This document shows, piece by piece, positions 35,238-45,770 of a stretch of DNA of 64,000 bases. Position 1 is the first letter of the stretch; the number at the start of each line of letters is the position of its first letter. The stretch is from a virus. Lineage: Duplodnaviria; Caudoviricetes. The stretch lies in the IMG/VR virus record IMGVR_UViG_3300031784_000003; one strand, 5' to 3'. Below the pieces are notes generated by a model, which was not told where the DNA came from, searched no databases, and was given only the letters and a program-made list of their open reading frames with translations. The position numbers were made by a program, and so were the translations under genes.

Positions 35238-37100
35238 ATGAAAAATTATGTAAATCCTAAAACATTAAAAGGTCAAGATAAATTAAATAGAATGCTAGAT
35301 CTTATGGGTAAAATGAATACTTTAAACGAAAGTAAATCATTTTCTGAATTAGAACTAATCAAAAGAGGTCCTAATGGTATAGTATATGGTATAATTAGAG
35401 AAAATCACGATTACTTCATTAAGACATCAGAAAAAAAATCAGGAAAGTTCTTAGCTGAAGATTTTAATTATATTGGAGGACTTCAAAATAAATTTGATGA
35501 AAGATACCACTCTTATTCGGAAGCCTTGAAACGTTTAAATATCAAATTCGATATGTTAAATGAATCTTACGGTATTAAAAATAATACAAACATTTTTGAA
35601 TCTGATGGTAGAGCAGTTGCTGGAGGTGCAGGATTTGGATTTGTATTAGAGAAAGAAGAAGAGATTATTTCTGATGAAGAAAAAAAAGTATTAAAGGTTG
35701 ACGCACCTAAACCTAAATCTAGTGAATCACCTGATGCGGGTCAAGCACCTGTAGAGGATGAAGTATCCGATGAACCAGATGTTGATATGGGTGGAGATAT
35801 TGCAGATATGGATTTTGGTGATGAGGAATCAGATACAGAAGAATCGGATGTGGAAGAAGACGGAGATGACACAACTAAAAAAATACAAAAAATGACTGGT
35901 AAAATCGGTCAGATGTTAAGAGATAAAGAAGAAGTTGATCCTGAATTAGAAAAATATGTAATAAATTCTATTATTTCAGCATTACATTTAGATGAAATGG
36001 ATGAAAGTGATAAAGAAGATATTATTGCAAAAATAGAAGGTGATGAAGAAGAAGGTGATGAAGAACCTGTTGGTGATACTGAAGAACCTGTTGGTGATGA
36101 TAGTTCGGAAGAACCTGTTGGTGATACTGAAGAACCTGTTGGTGATACTGGTTCAGAAGAACTTTCGGAAGAAGTTTCTAAATCAGAAAAACCATTAGAG
36201 ATTACACCTGATATGATAGCGATGTTATTAAAAGATGGTAAATGTGAATGTTCTGGACATAAATTAGTATATAAAGAAAAAGGTACTAAAAAAGATACTA
36301 ATGAAAGTAGAGTATTTAGTAAAAAAAGATTAATGGAATCTTTTTTAATAAATGAAACTAAAAAATCACTTAAAAAAGTTTTAAGAGAAGAAAGAAGTAT
36401 ATGTGAAGATTGTATGGGATTTGGTTGTCCTAGTTGTGCAAATGATTTAGGAAACGATCCATTTATGATGGATGAAGAAAAGTTTACAGACGGTAGAAAA
36501 AAAATAGATAGAGCAAAACCTTATGGTAAAATTACACGTGCTGATTTTGAGGCTTTAAGGAGAGATAAAAAAAATGAAGGTAGAAGAGATAGAAGAAGAA
36601 GTTTGATAGATGAGGATGAAATGTCTATGATGGACGCAGTACAAACAGGACAAGGTTACTTACCTACAGGTGATTTAGATAGAGATTTTGATGGTATTCC
36701 TAATAGACTAGATATGGATAACAATTCGGATGGTAGATTAGATTATTCTAATAATAATGGTAGATACGGTAACAAAAGAGATAACGATGATTTTATAGAA
36801 TTAGATATTGACTTTTTAAGAAATAATTCTCCAGTTAAACAACCAGGAATCGGTACTCCAGTTACTAAACCACCTAGAGAAAAGAAACCTTGGGAAACTA
36901 TTAAAAGACCGCAAGTTGATCCTAGACCTAAGGCTAACTCACCAGTTAAAGAACCTGGAATTGATAAACCAATCACTAAACCACCTAGAGAAAAAAACCC
37001 TTGGGAAACTATTAAAAGACCAAAAGTTGATCCAAGACCTAAGGCGTTAGATGATGACAATAATAAACCTTCATTTAGAAGGAGAGGAATGTTTAGATAA
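35238..37100 (+). CDS. acidic low-complexity protein, putative prohead core / internal protein
   Basis: Many [ILM]-x-E-S sites (TLNES, MLNES, IFES, LMES); internal repeats; upstream of the terminase. Confidence 0.6.
   Translation: MKNYVNPKTLKGQDKLNRMLDLMGKMNTLNESKSFSELELIKRGPNGIVYGIIRENHDYFIKTSEKKSGKFLAEDFNYIGGLQNKFDERYHSYSEALKRLNIKFDMLNESYGIKNNTNIFESDGRAVAGGAGFGFVLEKEEEIISDEEKKVLKVDAPKPKSSESPDAGQAPVEDEVSDEPDVDMGGDIADMDFGDEESDTEESDVEEDGDDTTKKIQKMTGKIGQMLRDKEEVDPELEKYVINSIISALHLDEMDESDKEDIIAKIEGDEEEGDEEPVGDTEEPVGDDSSEEPVGDTEEPVGDTGSEELSEEVSKSEKPLEITPDMIAMLLKDGKCECSGHKLVYKEKGTKKDTNESRVFSKKRLMESFLINETKKSLKKVLREERSICEDCMGFGCPSCANDLGNDPFMMDEEKFTDGRKKIDRAKPYGKITRADFEALRRDKKNEGRRDRRRSLIDEDEMSMMDAVQTGQGYLPTGDLDRDFDGIPNRLDMDNNSDGRLDYSNNNGRYGNKRDNDDFIELDIDFLRNNSPVKQPGIGTPVTKPPREKKPWETIKRPQVDPRPKANSPVKEPGIDKPITKPPREKNPWETIKRPKVDPRPKALDDDNNKPSFRRRGMFR
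36060..36149 (+). repeat. 21-nt EEPVGDT tandem repeat x4
   Basis: GAAGAACCTGTTGGTGATACT units. Confidence 0.9.
36825..37046 (+). repeat. 111-nt (37-aa) Pro/Lys-rich tandem duplication
   Basis: NSPVK.PGI..P.TKPPREK.PWETIKRP.VDPRPKA x2. Confidence 0.9.
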
Positions 37101-37498
37101 TGAATTTAGTATATATAAATAAAATTGGGCAAAACTGGAAAGGGAACTATATTTATGAGTTCCTTTTTTCAGATACGTTAGAGGATATTGATGGTGATGG
37201 TTGGGATTCATACCCTTCATCAGGAAATCCTGAACCACCTGAAAATAAATTTATAAAAAAATCTGGTTCATTGACTACAACACTTAAATTAGATTTGGTT
37301 CAAGAATCTGATTCTTTCGCAATGTGGGATGCCGTAGATGGTATAATCGCATTAGGGTGGGAAAATATGGAAGGTTATGACGAATACCCTGAAAAAAGAT
37401 TATTTTTCACATTTGGTGAAAAAATTAATTCAGTAGAAGACAAACTATATGAAAAAGATTTAGTCATAAAATATGAAAAAGAAATAATAAACATATAA
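37100..37498 (+). CDS. hypothetical protein, 132 aa
   Basis: Overlaps the upstream stop. Confidence 0.75.
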   Translation: MNLVYINKIGQNWKGNYIYEFLFSDTLEDIDGDGWDSYPSSGNPEPPENKFIKKSGSLTTTLKLDLVQESDSFAMWDAVDGIIALGWENMEGYDEYPEKRLFFTFGEKINSVEDKLYEKDLVIKYEKEIINI

Positions 37499-37508
37499 AT
37501 TATTTGTT

Positions 37509-37790
37509 ATGAAAAATAAAATTAGACTTTACGAATCTGAAATTAAAAGAGCAGTTAGACGTAAATTAATGGAAAGATACATTGATGAAGTAGAACAAAT
37601 GACAGTTTATGATCAAGACGAATTTAATAGTTCTTTTAATAAATTAGAAAAAGGTTCTTATGGAGTAAAAGATGATCAAGGTAAGATACGTTCTGTAACA
37701 GTGAATGAAGATGATGAGGACTTAGATGATTCACGAATGGTAGGTAGAAATAGAAAAGGGATTAAACCTTTTAAAGGTAAAAGAAAATGA
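37509..37790 (+). CDS. leader-bearing small protein with basic tail
   Basis: MKNKIRLYESEIKRAVRRKLMER. Confidence 0.75.
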   Translation: MKNKIRLYESEIKRAVRRKLMERYIDEVEQMTVYDQDEFNSSFNKLEKGSYGVKDDQGKIRSVTVNEDDEDLDDSRMVGRNRKGIKPFKGKRK

Positions 37791-38506
37791 AAAAAATAGA
37801 TATATTAAACGAAGTATTCACTGAAAAACAAAGACGATGGGCTTGTTATCAAATGAATGCACCTAAATCGGAAAGAGAATTATCTAAAACTAAGGCTACT
37901 GAAATGTGTAAAGACGTTAAACATTCTAAAAAAAAGGATGAAAATGTTAAACCAAAGATGAAAAAAAAAGATTTAGTTGAGTATATTAATAAAAAAATGA
38001 TTAATATTGTAAAAGAAAATTCTGGTGAGATTTTTATAGTTACTGAAATACCTGCATTAGAAAAAAAAGAAATATTTAGATTTTTTGAACAATTAAGACA
38101 AAGTGGTGTTATCAACATGTTCGGTTCATCCCCAATATTAAATTGGACTAAGGAAGACTTACATAGATGGTTATATGGTATGGGTAAAGATGTTGAATCT
38201 TTAGAATCTGAAATAGAAGAATTAGAATATGAAATAGAAGAATTAGAATATGATAATGAAGAAGGTGAAAATGATATTGAGATGTTACAATCTGAATTAA
38301 AAAACATTAGACATTTATTAGAAACCATTAACTATTTATTAGAAAATAAAAATAAAATTAGAGATATTTTAATAAGGGCAGCTTTAACTAGATTAGAAAA
38401 TAGAGGTGATAAAGACCCTGAAATAACAAAAGTTCAAAGAGTTTTTGAACAGTTGTCAAAAGAATGTTTTAAAATGTGGACAACGGCATTATACGGAAAT
38501 AGATAA
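37787..38506 (+). CDS. leader-bearing hypothetical
   Basis: MKKIDILNEVFTEKQRRWAC; 21-nt exact duplication at 38210-38251. Confidence 0.75.
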   Translation: MKKIDILNEVFTEKQRRWACYQMNAPKSERELSKTKATEMCKDVKHSKKKDENVKPKMKKKDLVEYINKKMINIVKENSGEIFIVTEIPALEKKEIFRFFEQLRQSGVINMFGSSPILNWTKEDLHRWLYGMGKDVESLESEIEELEYEIEELEYDNEEGENDIEMLQSELKNIRHLLETINYLLENKNKIRDILIRAALTRLENRGDKDPEITKVQRVFEQLSKECFKMWTTALYGNR

Positions 38507-38520
38507 AATAAATATATACT

Positions 38521-39945
38521 ATGAGAAGAAGAAACATAATTAGTGAAGTTACTAAAAGAGTACTTTCCGAAAAAGTTAGAATTAGAAGAATAACTGAAGC
38601 AATAGAATATGATCCTGAACATCCAGAAAGAATGAATCCTGGGTTAGAAGGTAAACTTAGAAGTGGTGAACATATTTTCGGTAAAAGTAAATCGTTACCT
38701 GTTGGATCCGACATTCAAAATTATTCTGAAAAATTAGCTGGACAAAGGTTTAAAGAAATAATCAACAAAGTTAAAAGATATCATGGTGTTAGAAATATTA
38801 CACCAAATATGATGCAAATGATGTTTCAAATAATGGGTGAAATAAGTCAAATAGAAACTAGACATAAAGAGGCGTTAGAAAGATTAGCAGTCGATATAGT
38901 ATCAGAAGAATTTGATTTACCTGAACAAATGTTAGAGGCTACTTTAAGTCCTCCAGGATCACCATTAAGTCATAAAGAAGATGATGAAGAAGAAGATGGT
39001 GATGACACTGAATCACCCCAACCTAATATTCCTAAACAACCTAAAAGTGCTAAAAGGATGGAAGAATTGGAGTTAGAAGTAGATAAAAGGAGAGTAATAA
39101 ATGCATTAATGCAGGGGGCAGCTAAAAAAGGACACTATATATTTCATATGGTAGCAGATGAATTAGACGCAATTGATCCAAGATTAATGGGATTATATGG
39201 TAAATTAATGTCATTAGCAGATTTCCAATATTGGGTAATTCCTGATACTATGATGACTGGACAAGTTGGTGGTGTAGAGAAGATAGACTGGAGAAAGGCT
39301 GAGAAACCTAAAAATAAAGATGAAGAAGAAGATATGGAAGATGCCAACATAGAAGAAGGTGATGAAATACCAGTAGTTGTTGCAAAAGCTTGGATATTCC
39401 CTCTTTTAGTTCATGAATTAATTAAAGGAGCTTTAGAGTTGGCAGCAATCAATTGGGCAGATGGTCATTTAGATTTTGATGAACATAAAGAAGTTATCGA
39501 AAAGGCTGATACGGATGAAGGTGAAATATGGGGAATGAGATTAGGTCCTGGTATGTGGGAAAAATTCTTAGATTGTATTGGTACAGAGAATTATGATATA
39601 AAACAATGGTTATTTAAAGAATTAAGTAAATTACCAGCAAAACAATTTCATGATTTTATGAAAGAAATTTTAAGTGGAAGTCAAAAATGTGGTGAGGTAG
39701 TAGATACATTAAAAAAATTACATCAAAAAAGTAGTGGTGATAGTTTATCAGATATGTTTGACGATACAGGTTATGATGATATGGGTGACATATTAGATAA
39801 CTTAGGTAATGAAACTGAAACTGAAGAATCTGATGAGGACGTTGACTATTCTAAAATGTCTAAAAGAGAAATAGAAACTTTAATTAATCAAGCGTTAGAT
39901 GCAGGTGATTTTGATTTAGTGGAAAAATTACATAAATATATGTAA
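38521..39945 (+). CDS. leader-bearing hypothetical, 474 aa
   Basis: MRRRNIISEVTKRVLSEK...ITEA. Confidence 0.8.
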   Translation: MRRRNIISEVTKRVLSEKVRIRRITEAIEYDPEHPERMNPGLEGKLRSGEHIFGKSKSLPVGSDIQNYSEKLAGQRFKEIINKVKRYHGVRNITPNMMQMMFQIMGEISQIETRHKEALERLAVDIVSEEFDLPEQMLEATLSPPGSPLSHKEDDEEEDGDDTESPQPNIPKQPKSAKRMEELELEVDKRRVINALMQGAAKKGHYIFHMVADELDAIDPRLMGLYGKLMSLADFQYWVIPDTMMTGQVGGVEKIDWRKAEKPKNKDEEEDMEDANIEEGDEIPVVVAKAWIFPLLVHELIKGALELAAINWADGHLDFDEHKEVIEKADTDEGEIWGMRLGPGMWEKFLDCIGTENYDIKQWLFKELSKLPAKQFHDFMKEILSGSQKCGEVVDTLKKLHQKSSGDSLSDMFDDTGYDDMGDILDNLGNETETEESDEDVDYSKMSKREIETLINQALDAGDFDLVEKLHKYM

Positions 39946-39963
39946 AATTTTAATAAAAAAGTT

Positions 39964-39995
39964 AATCCCATATTAATAATATGGGATTTTTTTTT
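39964..39995 (+). terminator. intrinsic terminator
   Basis: AATCCCATATT-AAT-AATATGGGATT followed by T run. Confidence 0.85.
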
Positions 39996-40017
39996 ATCTA
40001 ATAATATTTATTACTAT

Positions 40018-41034
40018 ATGAGAAATATTATAAAAAAAATATTAAGAGAAAGTACTGAAACACCTAAAAGAGTTTTTAGGTATATAGATAGTATTGTAGA
40101 ACATTTTGAATGGGACATAGATTCAATAATGGAAGATTTGGAACAAAATTTAAATCTGTCAAAGGTTGACGCATATACTTTGTTATTTGAATATTATATC
40201 AGTAAGGGTGATGACCCAACAAAAGACATTGATTTTCAGGATATAACTTACTATGTATATACAGAAGATTTACTTAAAATATTAAATAATAGTGGTTGGT
40301 TAGATAAATATCTAAAAAATAAAGACTCATTTCCAAGAGATTTTAGAGACATTGAGGAGATTGGTGATGGTGAAAGATTTATTCTTAAACTTGATGATTG
40401 GGAGGAGTTTAAATGTTTATTTGATGATGATAATTTGGCGCAAAGAGTTTTAAATTCTGATTGGGCAGAACTATATGGTTGGTTTGATGTTGATTTCTCA
40501 GATGATATTGTAGATATATTAAATAAAGACACAATAAAACATATTCAAGAATATGTAAAAGAAAAAGGTTTAATAGGTAAGGAACTAGAAAATAGTGATG
40601 GTGAGGTGTTAACAGAAGAAATGGTTAATGATGAGGGTATTTTACTAGAACTGATAGGTGAAGATGAATTATTTTATGATTTAAAAGATCTTTTAGAAGA
40701 TGCATATAGAGTCTCATACGATTCTGCTGCCGAAGATGAAATTTTTAAAATATTAGAAGGTCATATAACTTCTTTTTTTGGTAACAAACCTGAATGGGTA
40801 GATGGAAACAAATTACATATAGATGTTACTACAATTTTTTACGACTTTTTAGTTAGGTATTTAACCAATAAGGGTGAAATGCCTAGTTTTTCACAAAGTT
40901 ACTTCTTGGATGTAATTTGTGAAACTTTAGAAGAAGAAGACGGAAAATTAATTACGCCCGATATGGGTTACTTTTATCCTGATAGTGATTTAGTTGCAGA
41001 ACATTTAAGTGACTACATAAAATCTAATATATGA
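40018..41034 (+). CDS. leader-bearing acidic protein
   Basis: MRNIIKKILRES; TATTTATT at 40005-40012. Confidence 0.8.
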   Translation: MRNIIKKILRESTETPKRVFRYIDSIVEHFEWDIDSIMEDLEQNLNLSKVDAYTLLFEYYISKGDDPTKDIDFQDITYYVYTEDLLKILNNSGWLDKYLKNKDSFPRDFRDIEEIGDGERFILKLDDWEEFKCLFDDDNLAQRVLNSDWAELYGWFDVDFSDDIVDILNKDTIKHIQEYVKEKGLIGKELENSDGEVLTEEMVNDEGILLELIGEDELFYDLKDLLEDAYRVSYDSAAEDEIFKILEGHITSFFGNKPEWVDGNKLHIDVTTIFYDFLVRYLTNKGEMPSFSQSYFLDVICETLEEEDGKLITPDMGYFYPDSDLVAEHLSDYIKSNI

Positions 41035-41165
41035 AAATAATTATAACCGAAAATCAATATAAAAGATTATTATCTGAAGAATAAATAGGGACAGGTAACA
41101 ATGTTACATACACATTTGGTCCAAACTACGATGAATGGGAAAATGGTAATCTGATTGCTTTTTAA
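41031..41165 (+). pseudogene. leader-only ORF (17 aa) with in-frame remnant after TAA
   Basis: MKIIITENQYKRLLSEE*IGTGNNVTYTFGPNYDEWENGNLIAF*. Confidence 0.5.
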
Positions 41166-41175
41166 TCTATAACCA

Positions 41176-41183
41176 TATTTATA
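41176..41183 (+). promoter_or_regulatory. putative late promoter TATTTATA of the terminase gene
   Basis: 11 nt before ATG 41195. Confidence 0.7.
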
Positions 41184-41194
41184 AATAAAATGTT

Positions 41195-42988
41195 ATGGAA
41201 AGAGCGGAACAATTAAAAGTATATGCTCGTAGTTTAGGTGACCCAATTTATGCAATAGAAACTTTTTTAAAAACATTCGATTTAACTCAAAGTGGCAACG
41301 TTCCATTTAAATTATTTTATAAACAAAAAGAAATAATTAAATCGTATGAAAAGTATAATCGTAATTTGGTAACTAAACCTCGACAGGCAGGTGTATCCAC
41401 TACCACTGCCGCATATATCGCAGTTAAAACTGCATTTGGTGATCCAGATAACCCACATAAAGTATTGATATTAGCCAACAAACAAACATTGGCACAAGAA
41501 TTCCTTAAAAAAGTTAAAGACTTTTTAGATCAAATACCTTATTGGGTGTGGGGATTAGATGAAGATACAGATTATTTAGAAATAAATTCAAAAGGACATT
41601 TAAAGTTAAAATCAAATGGTTGTGAAATTAGAGCACTTGCAACTTCTAAAGATGCGTTAAGGGGTTTTACTCCGACATTTTTAGTTATGGACGAGGCGGC
41701 GTTTATCGATAATGGTTCTGAAGTTTTTGGTGCGGCGTTGGCTTCATTAGGTACGGGTGGTAAAATATCCCTTATATCTACACCAAACGGTATGGATCCA
41801 TTGTATTATAAAACATATGATGGTGCTAAGAAAAAAGACAATAATTTCAATATAGTTGAGATGAAATGGTATCAAGATGTTAGATATAATAGAAACTTAT
41901 ATTGGAAAAGAGGTGAAGAAGAAACTATTAAATGTAATACTTTAGATAGAACTAAATTGAGGTGGGAATATATGGATAAAATATATGAAACTGATGAATC
42001 TACTATAGAGTATTATGAAATAATGATTAAAGATGGTTGGAAACCATTATCCCCTTGGTATGAAGAAATGGCGGCAGATATGGGGGATGCTAAAAAAATC
42101 GCACAAGAACTTGATGTTTCATTTATTGGTTCAGGGGGTAACGTAGTAGATGATGAATATATCTCATATCACGAAGAAAATTATGTTAAAGATCCTGAAT
42201 TTTCTGCAGAAGTGGAAAAATCTATGTGGATATGGAAAAAACCAGAAGTTGGTCACAAATATATTATGGGTGTCGATGTAAGTAGAGGTGATGGTAAAGA
42301 TAGTTCTACAATAGTAATTTTAGATTTTGAAAATTTAGAACAGGTGGCAGAATTCCAACATAAATTACCTCCCGATATGTTAGCAGAAATAGTCTATAAG
42401 TATGGTAATATGTATAATGCTTACACTATAGTAGATATAACTGGTGGTATGGGTGTTGCAACAGTTTTAAAGTTGTTGGAGATGGATTACAAACATTTAC
42501 ATTATGATGATCCAAAAAGTAGGAAACTTAGTGAAAAATATGCCAAAATGAAATATAAGGAAGGTGAAAAAGTTCCTGGTTTTAATGTAGGTAATACTAG
42601 ATTACAAATGGTTTCTGAATTAGAAGAACATATTAGAGAAAATAAAACTTTAATTAGATCACAAAGAATGATATCGGAGTTAAGAACTTTTGTATATAAA
42701 AATGGTAGACCCGATCATATGGAAGGTTATCATGACGATATTATTATGGCTTTCGCTATGTGTATTTTTGTGGTACAAACATCATTCAAAAAATTAGAAC
42801 AAGTTGAAAAACAAACAAAGGCTATGTTAGAGAGTTGGGTTAATATTTCTAATGATAATCCCTCAAAACCATTAATGGATAATACTTATGTTAACCCTTT
42901 TTATAGTAACACACCAACATATCACCCAAAACAAAATAATGAGACAAATGATAATGGTGAATATAACTGGTTATTCGGTATTAAATAA
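41195..42988 (+). CDS. terminase large subunit (T4 gp17-like)
   Basis: KPRQAGVST Walker A, LVMDEAAF Walker B, ISTPNG, nuclease GVDVSRGDGKDSS and HDDIIMA. Confidence 0.95.
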   Translation: MERAEQLKVYARSLGDPIYAIETFLKTFDLTQSGNVPFKLFYKQKEIIKSYEKYNRNLVTKPRQAGVSTTTAAYIAVKTAFGDPDNPHKVLILANKQTLAQEFLKKVKDFLDQIPYWVWGLDEDTDYLEINSKGHLKLKSNGCEIRALATSKDALRGFTPTFLVMDEAAFIDNGSEVFGAALASLGTGGKISLISTPNGMDPLYYKTYDGAKKKDNNFNIVEMKWYQDVRYNRNLYWKRGEEETIKCNTLDRTKLRWEYMDKIYETDESTIEYYEIMIKDGWKPLSPWYEEMAADMGDAKKIAQELDVSFIGSGGNVVDDEYISYHEENYVKDPEFSAEVEKSMWIWKKPEVGHKYIMGVDVSRGDGKDSSTIVILDFENLEQVAEFQHKLPPDMLAEIVYKYGNMYNAYTIVDITGGMGVATVLKLLEMDYKHLHYDDPKSRKLSEKYAKMKYKEGEKVPGFNVGNTRLQMVSELEEHIRENKTLIRSQRMISELRTFVYKNGRPDHMEGYHDDIIMAFAMCIFVVQTSFKKLEQVEKQTKAMLESWVNISNDNPSKPLMDNTYVNPFYSNTPTYHPKQNNETNDNGEYNWLFGIK

Positions 42989-43037
42989 CATTTAATTTTT
43001 TAAGATATTTATTATAATAGTAATAAAATAAAATATA

Positions 43038-44966
43038 ATGGCAAAAAAGACAATATTCCAGCAATTGACAGATTTATTCGGTCCAGAAGTGAAAAGGGAA
43101 CAAAATAAATCTAGATATTCAATTAACGATAAAGAGTTATTACGAACCAAATCAAAGGAAGAATACGAATTTGAGAAATTAAAAAAACAACAAGACGCCT
43201 ACCTTTCAAATATGTGGCAAAAGGTTGATAATGAAATTTACCAGCATTCGATTTATTATGAAACAACTAGATTAGCGTCGTACGCAGATTTTGAGGGTAT
43301 GGAATTTTTTCCAGAAATTTCTGCAGCATTAGATATTATGATGGAAGAATCTACTACTTTAAATTCAGAAAATAAAATGATTACTATTTTTTCCGAAAGT
43401 AAAAGGGTTAGAAGGATATTAGAGGATTTATTTTTTAATCGATTAGATATACACACATCATTACCTATGTGGACAAGAAATACATGTAAATATGGTGATA
43501 ATTTTTTATTCCTAAATATTGATAGTGAAGATGGAATTTTAGGTGTTAAACAACTACCTAATATTGAAATATCTAGAAAAGAAAATGAAGGATTTGGTGA
43601 AAACTCTATGAACTCTGATACGGATAAGTATAATCCTGTAAAATTTATTTGGGGACAAAGGGATATAGAATTTAATGCGTGGCAAGTTGCACATTTTAGA
43701 CTTTTGGGGGATGATAGAAGATTACCTTACGGCACATCAATGTTAGAAAAGGCTAGAAGGATATGGAAACAATTACTATTATCAGAAGACGCAATGTTAA
43801 TATATAGAGTAACAAGGGCACCTGAAAGAAGGATATTTAAAATCTATGTCGGTAACATTGATGAACAAGATGTTCCTGCATATGTAAACAAAATCGCAAA
43901 TAATTTTAAAAGAAGTCCTGTTATTGATCAAAAAACTGGACAAATAGATTCTAGATATAATCAAATGGCACAGGATCAGGATTATTTTATACCTGTAAGG
44001 GATCCTAACGCACCTAGTCCAATAGATACACTACCTGGAGCAACTAATTTATCTGAAATTGCAGATATACAATATTTACAAAAAAAGTTATTCACATCAC
44101 TTAGGGTACCTAAACCTTTTTTAGGTTTTGAGGAGGCAAATGGTGAAGGTAAAAATTTAGCGTTACAAGATATTAGATTTGCTAGAACAATTAATAGGAT
44201 ACAACAATCAATGTTGCAAGAATTAAATAAAATTGCTATCATACATTTATATATTTTAGGTTTAGAGGATGAATTAGAGAATTTTACCCTTACACTTAAC
44301 AACCCATCAACACAGGCAGAAATGCTTAAAGTAGAACAAACACAATTAAAAGTTACTTTATATAAAGACGCAGTTGCAGATGCGGGTAACGGTTTTGGTG
44401 CAATGTCAATGACTAGAGCTAAAAAAGAAATTTTAGGTATGTCAGAAGAAGAAATTAGAAATGATTTAGAACAACAAAGATTAGAAAAGGCGGCAGCTGC
44501 GGAAATGGAACAAACGGCTGAAGTTATTAAAAAGACAGGTATCTTCGATAGAGTAGATAGATTATATGGTGATTTTGACGCATTAGTGTCAGGTGCTGGA
44601 GAAGCTGAAGCGGGTGGTGACACTGGAGGTGGTGACACTGGTGGTTTAGGTTCAGACACTGGTGGTTTAGGCGGTGGTGACACTGGTGGTTTAGGCGGTG
44701 GTGCAGAATCTGGTGGTGCAGAATCTGGTGGTGCCGCACCAACAGAAGAGTCTACTAATAAAAAAGATAATCTATTATTAGAAACTAAAAAAAGAAATTA
44801 CGAAGAAAAAGTTAAAAGATATCAGGGTATATATTTGAAAAGATTGACTGAAAGTTTAGAAAAAAATGAGAACAATTATAATTTAGAATCATTTGAAAAA
44901 AGTGCTGATACCCTTAATTCTAAAATCAATGAGATTACAAATCAAATTGACAATATGATTAATTAA
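43038..44966 (+). CDS. portal protein (T4 gp20-like)
   Basis: EDAMLIYRVTRAPERRIFKIYVGN, QDYFIPVR, IDTLPG, YLQKKLF..LRVP. Confidence 0.95.
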   Translation: MAKKTIFQQLTDLFGPEVKREQNKSRYSINDKELLRTKSKEEYEFEKLKKQQDAYLSNMWQKVDNEIYQHSIYYETTRLASYADFEGMEFFPEISAALDIMMEESTTLNSENKMITIFSESKRVRRILEDLFFNRLDIHTSLPMWTRNTCKYGDNFLFLNIDSEDGILGVKQLPNIEISRKENEGFGENSMNSDTDKYNPVKFIWGQRDIEFNAWQVAHFRLLGDDRRLPYGTSMLEKARRIWKQLLLSEDAMLIYRVTRAPERRIFKIYVGNIDEQDVPAYVNKIANNFKRSPVIDQKTGQIDSRYNQMAQDQDYFIPVRDPNAPSPIDTLPGATNLSEIADIQYLQKKLFTSLRVPKPFLGFEEANGEGKNLALQDIRFARTINRIQQSMLQELNKIAIIHLYILGLEDELENFTLTLNNPSTQAEMLKVEQTQLKVTLYKDAVADAGNGFGAMSMTRAKKEILGMSEEEIRNDLEQQRLEKAAAAEMEQTAEVIKKTGIFDRVDRLYGDFDALVSGAGEAEAGGDTGGGDTGGLGSDTGGLGGGDTGGLGGGAESGGAESGGAAPTEESTNKKDNLLLETKKRNYEEKVKRYQGIYLKRLTESLEKNENNYNLESFEKSADTLNSKINEITNQIDNMIN

Positions 44967-45005
44967 TTTTTTTACATTTAATCTATATTTATTAATAAAA
45001 ATACT

Positions 45006-45767
45006 ATGGAAAATTTTGGGAATATAAAAGACACATTTAAAAAAATAATTTTAGAATCTGTGATCAAAAAAGATGAGGACGGCAAAAAATTATTTACTTC
45101 ATTTATAAAAAATTTAAAAGAGAATAAAACACTTAAAAACCAATTCTTAATATATAAAAATTTAGAGAGTAGAAAATTTGAGGATAGACTAGAGGCTAAA
45201 GAATATATACAAGAAAATATTAAATTACTTAAAGAATTAAATAGTGAAGATATTGAGAAAGGTAACTCAAAATTAATTAATCTTTTAAAAGGTAAAAAAA
45301 TAGTAAAAGAAAATGATTCTTTTTATAAAGATATCACATATCTAAGTAGAGTTACTAAAACACCTTCAAACATAGATAAAATAAATGAATCTATGAATAA
45401 TTTAGTTAATCATATGTTAACTAAAGTTGATGAGGTTAGTAAAACAGATAATGTCGCAATTTCACCAACAATTTTAACTAATTTGATGGTTAATAAATTT
45501 AATGAAAAATATAGTGAAATTAGTGAGTCAGATAAAAAGTTAATTAAATCTTTCTTAAACGATGATAAAGAAAAAACTTTTAATAGTTTAATTAGAGAAT
45601 GTATTGATTCTGTAGATAAAAAATTAAATGAAAGTAGTGATTTTGAAATCAAAGATAAACTTTTAAAAGTAAAAGATAAATTATTAAATACAAAATTCGA
45701 TAAAGATAATTTCTTAAATGATATAATTAAATTTAATAATCTTAAAGAAACAATAAATAACGAATAA
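45006..45767 (+). CDS. helical head-module protein, unknown function
   Basis: Between portal and protease; IILES, INES, LNES sites; TATTTATT at 44986-44993. Confidence 0.7.
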   Translation: MENFGNIKDTFKKIILESVIKKDEDGKKLFTSFIKNLKENKTLKNQFLIYKNLESRKFEDRLEAKEYIQENIKLLKELNSEDIEKGNSKLINLLKGKKIVKENDSFYKDITYLSRVTKTPSNIDKINESMNNLVNHMLTKVDEVSKTDNVAISPTILTNLMVNKFNEKYSEISESDKKLIKSFLNDDKEKTFNSLIRECIDSVDKKLNESSDFEIKDKLLKVKDKLLNTKFDKDNFLNDIIKFNNLKETINNE

Positions 45768-45770
45768 ATT

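Noticed and set aside
41195-42988. Intein or intron in terminase (also considered for ThyA and ClpC)
   Set aside because: Motifs are contiguous, with no C...HN splice junctions or LAGLIDADG blocks seen.
43982-44683. 233-aa minus-strand ORF
   Set aside because: Antisense to the portal; its Pro/Ser repeats mirror the portal Gly-rich tail.
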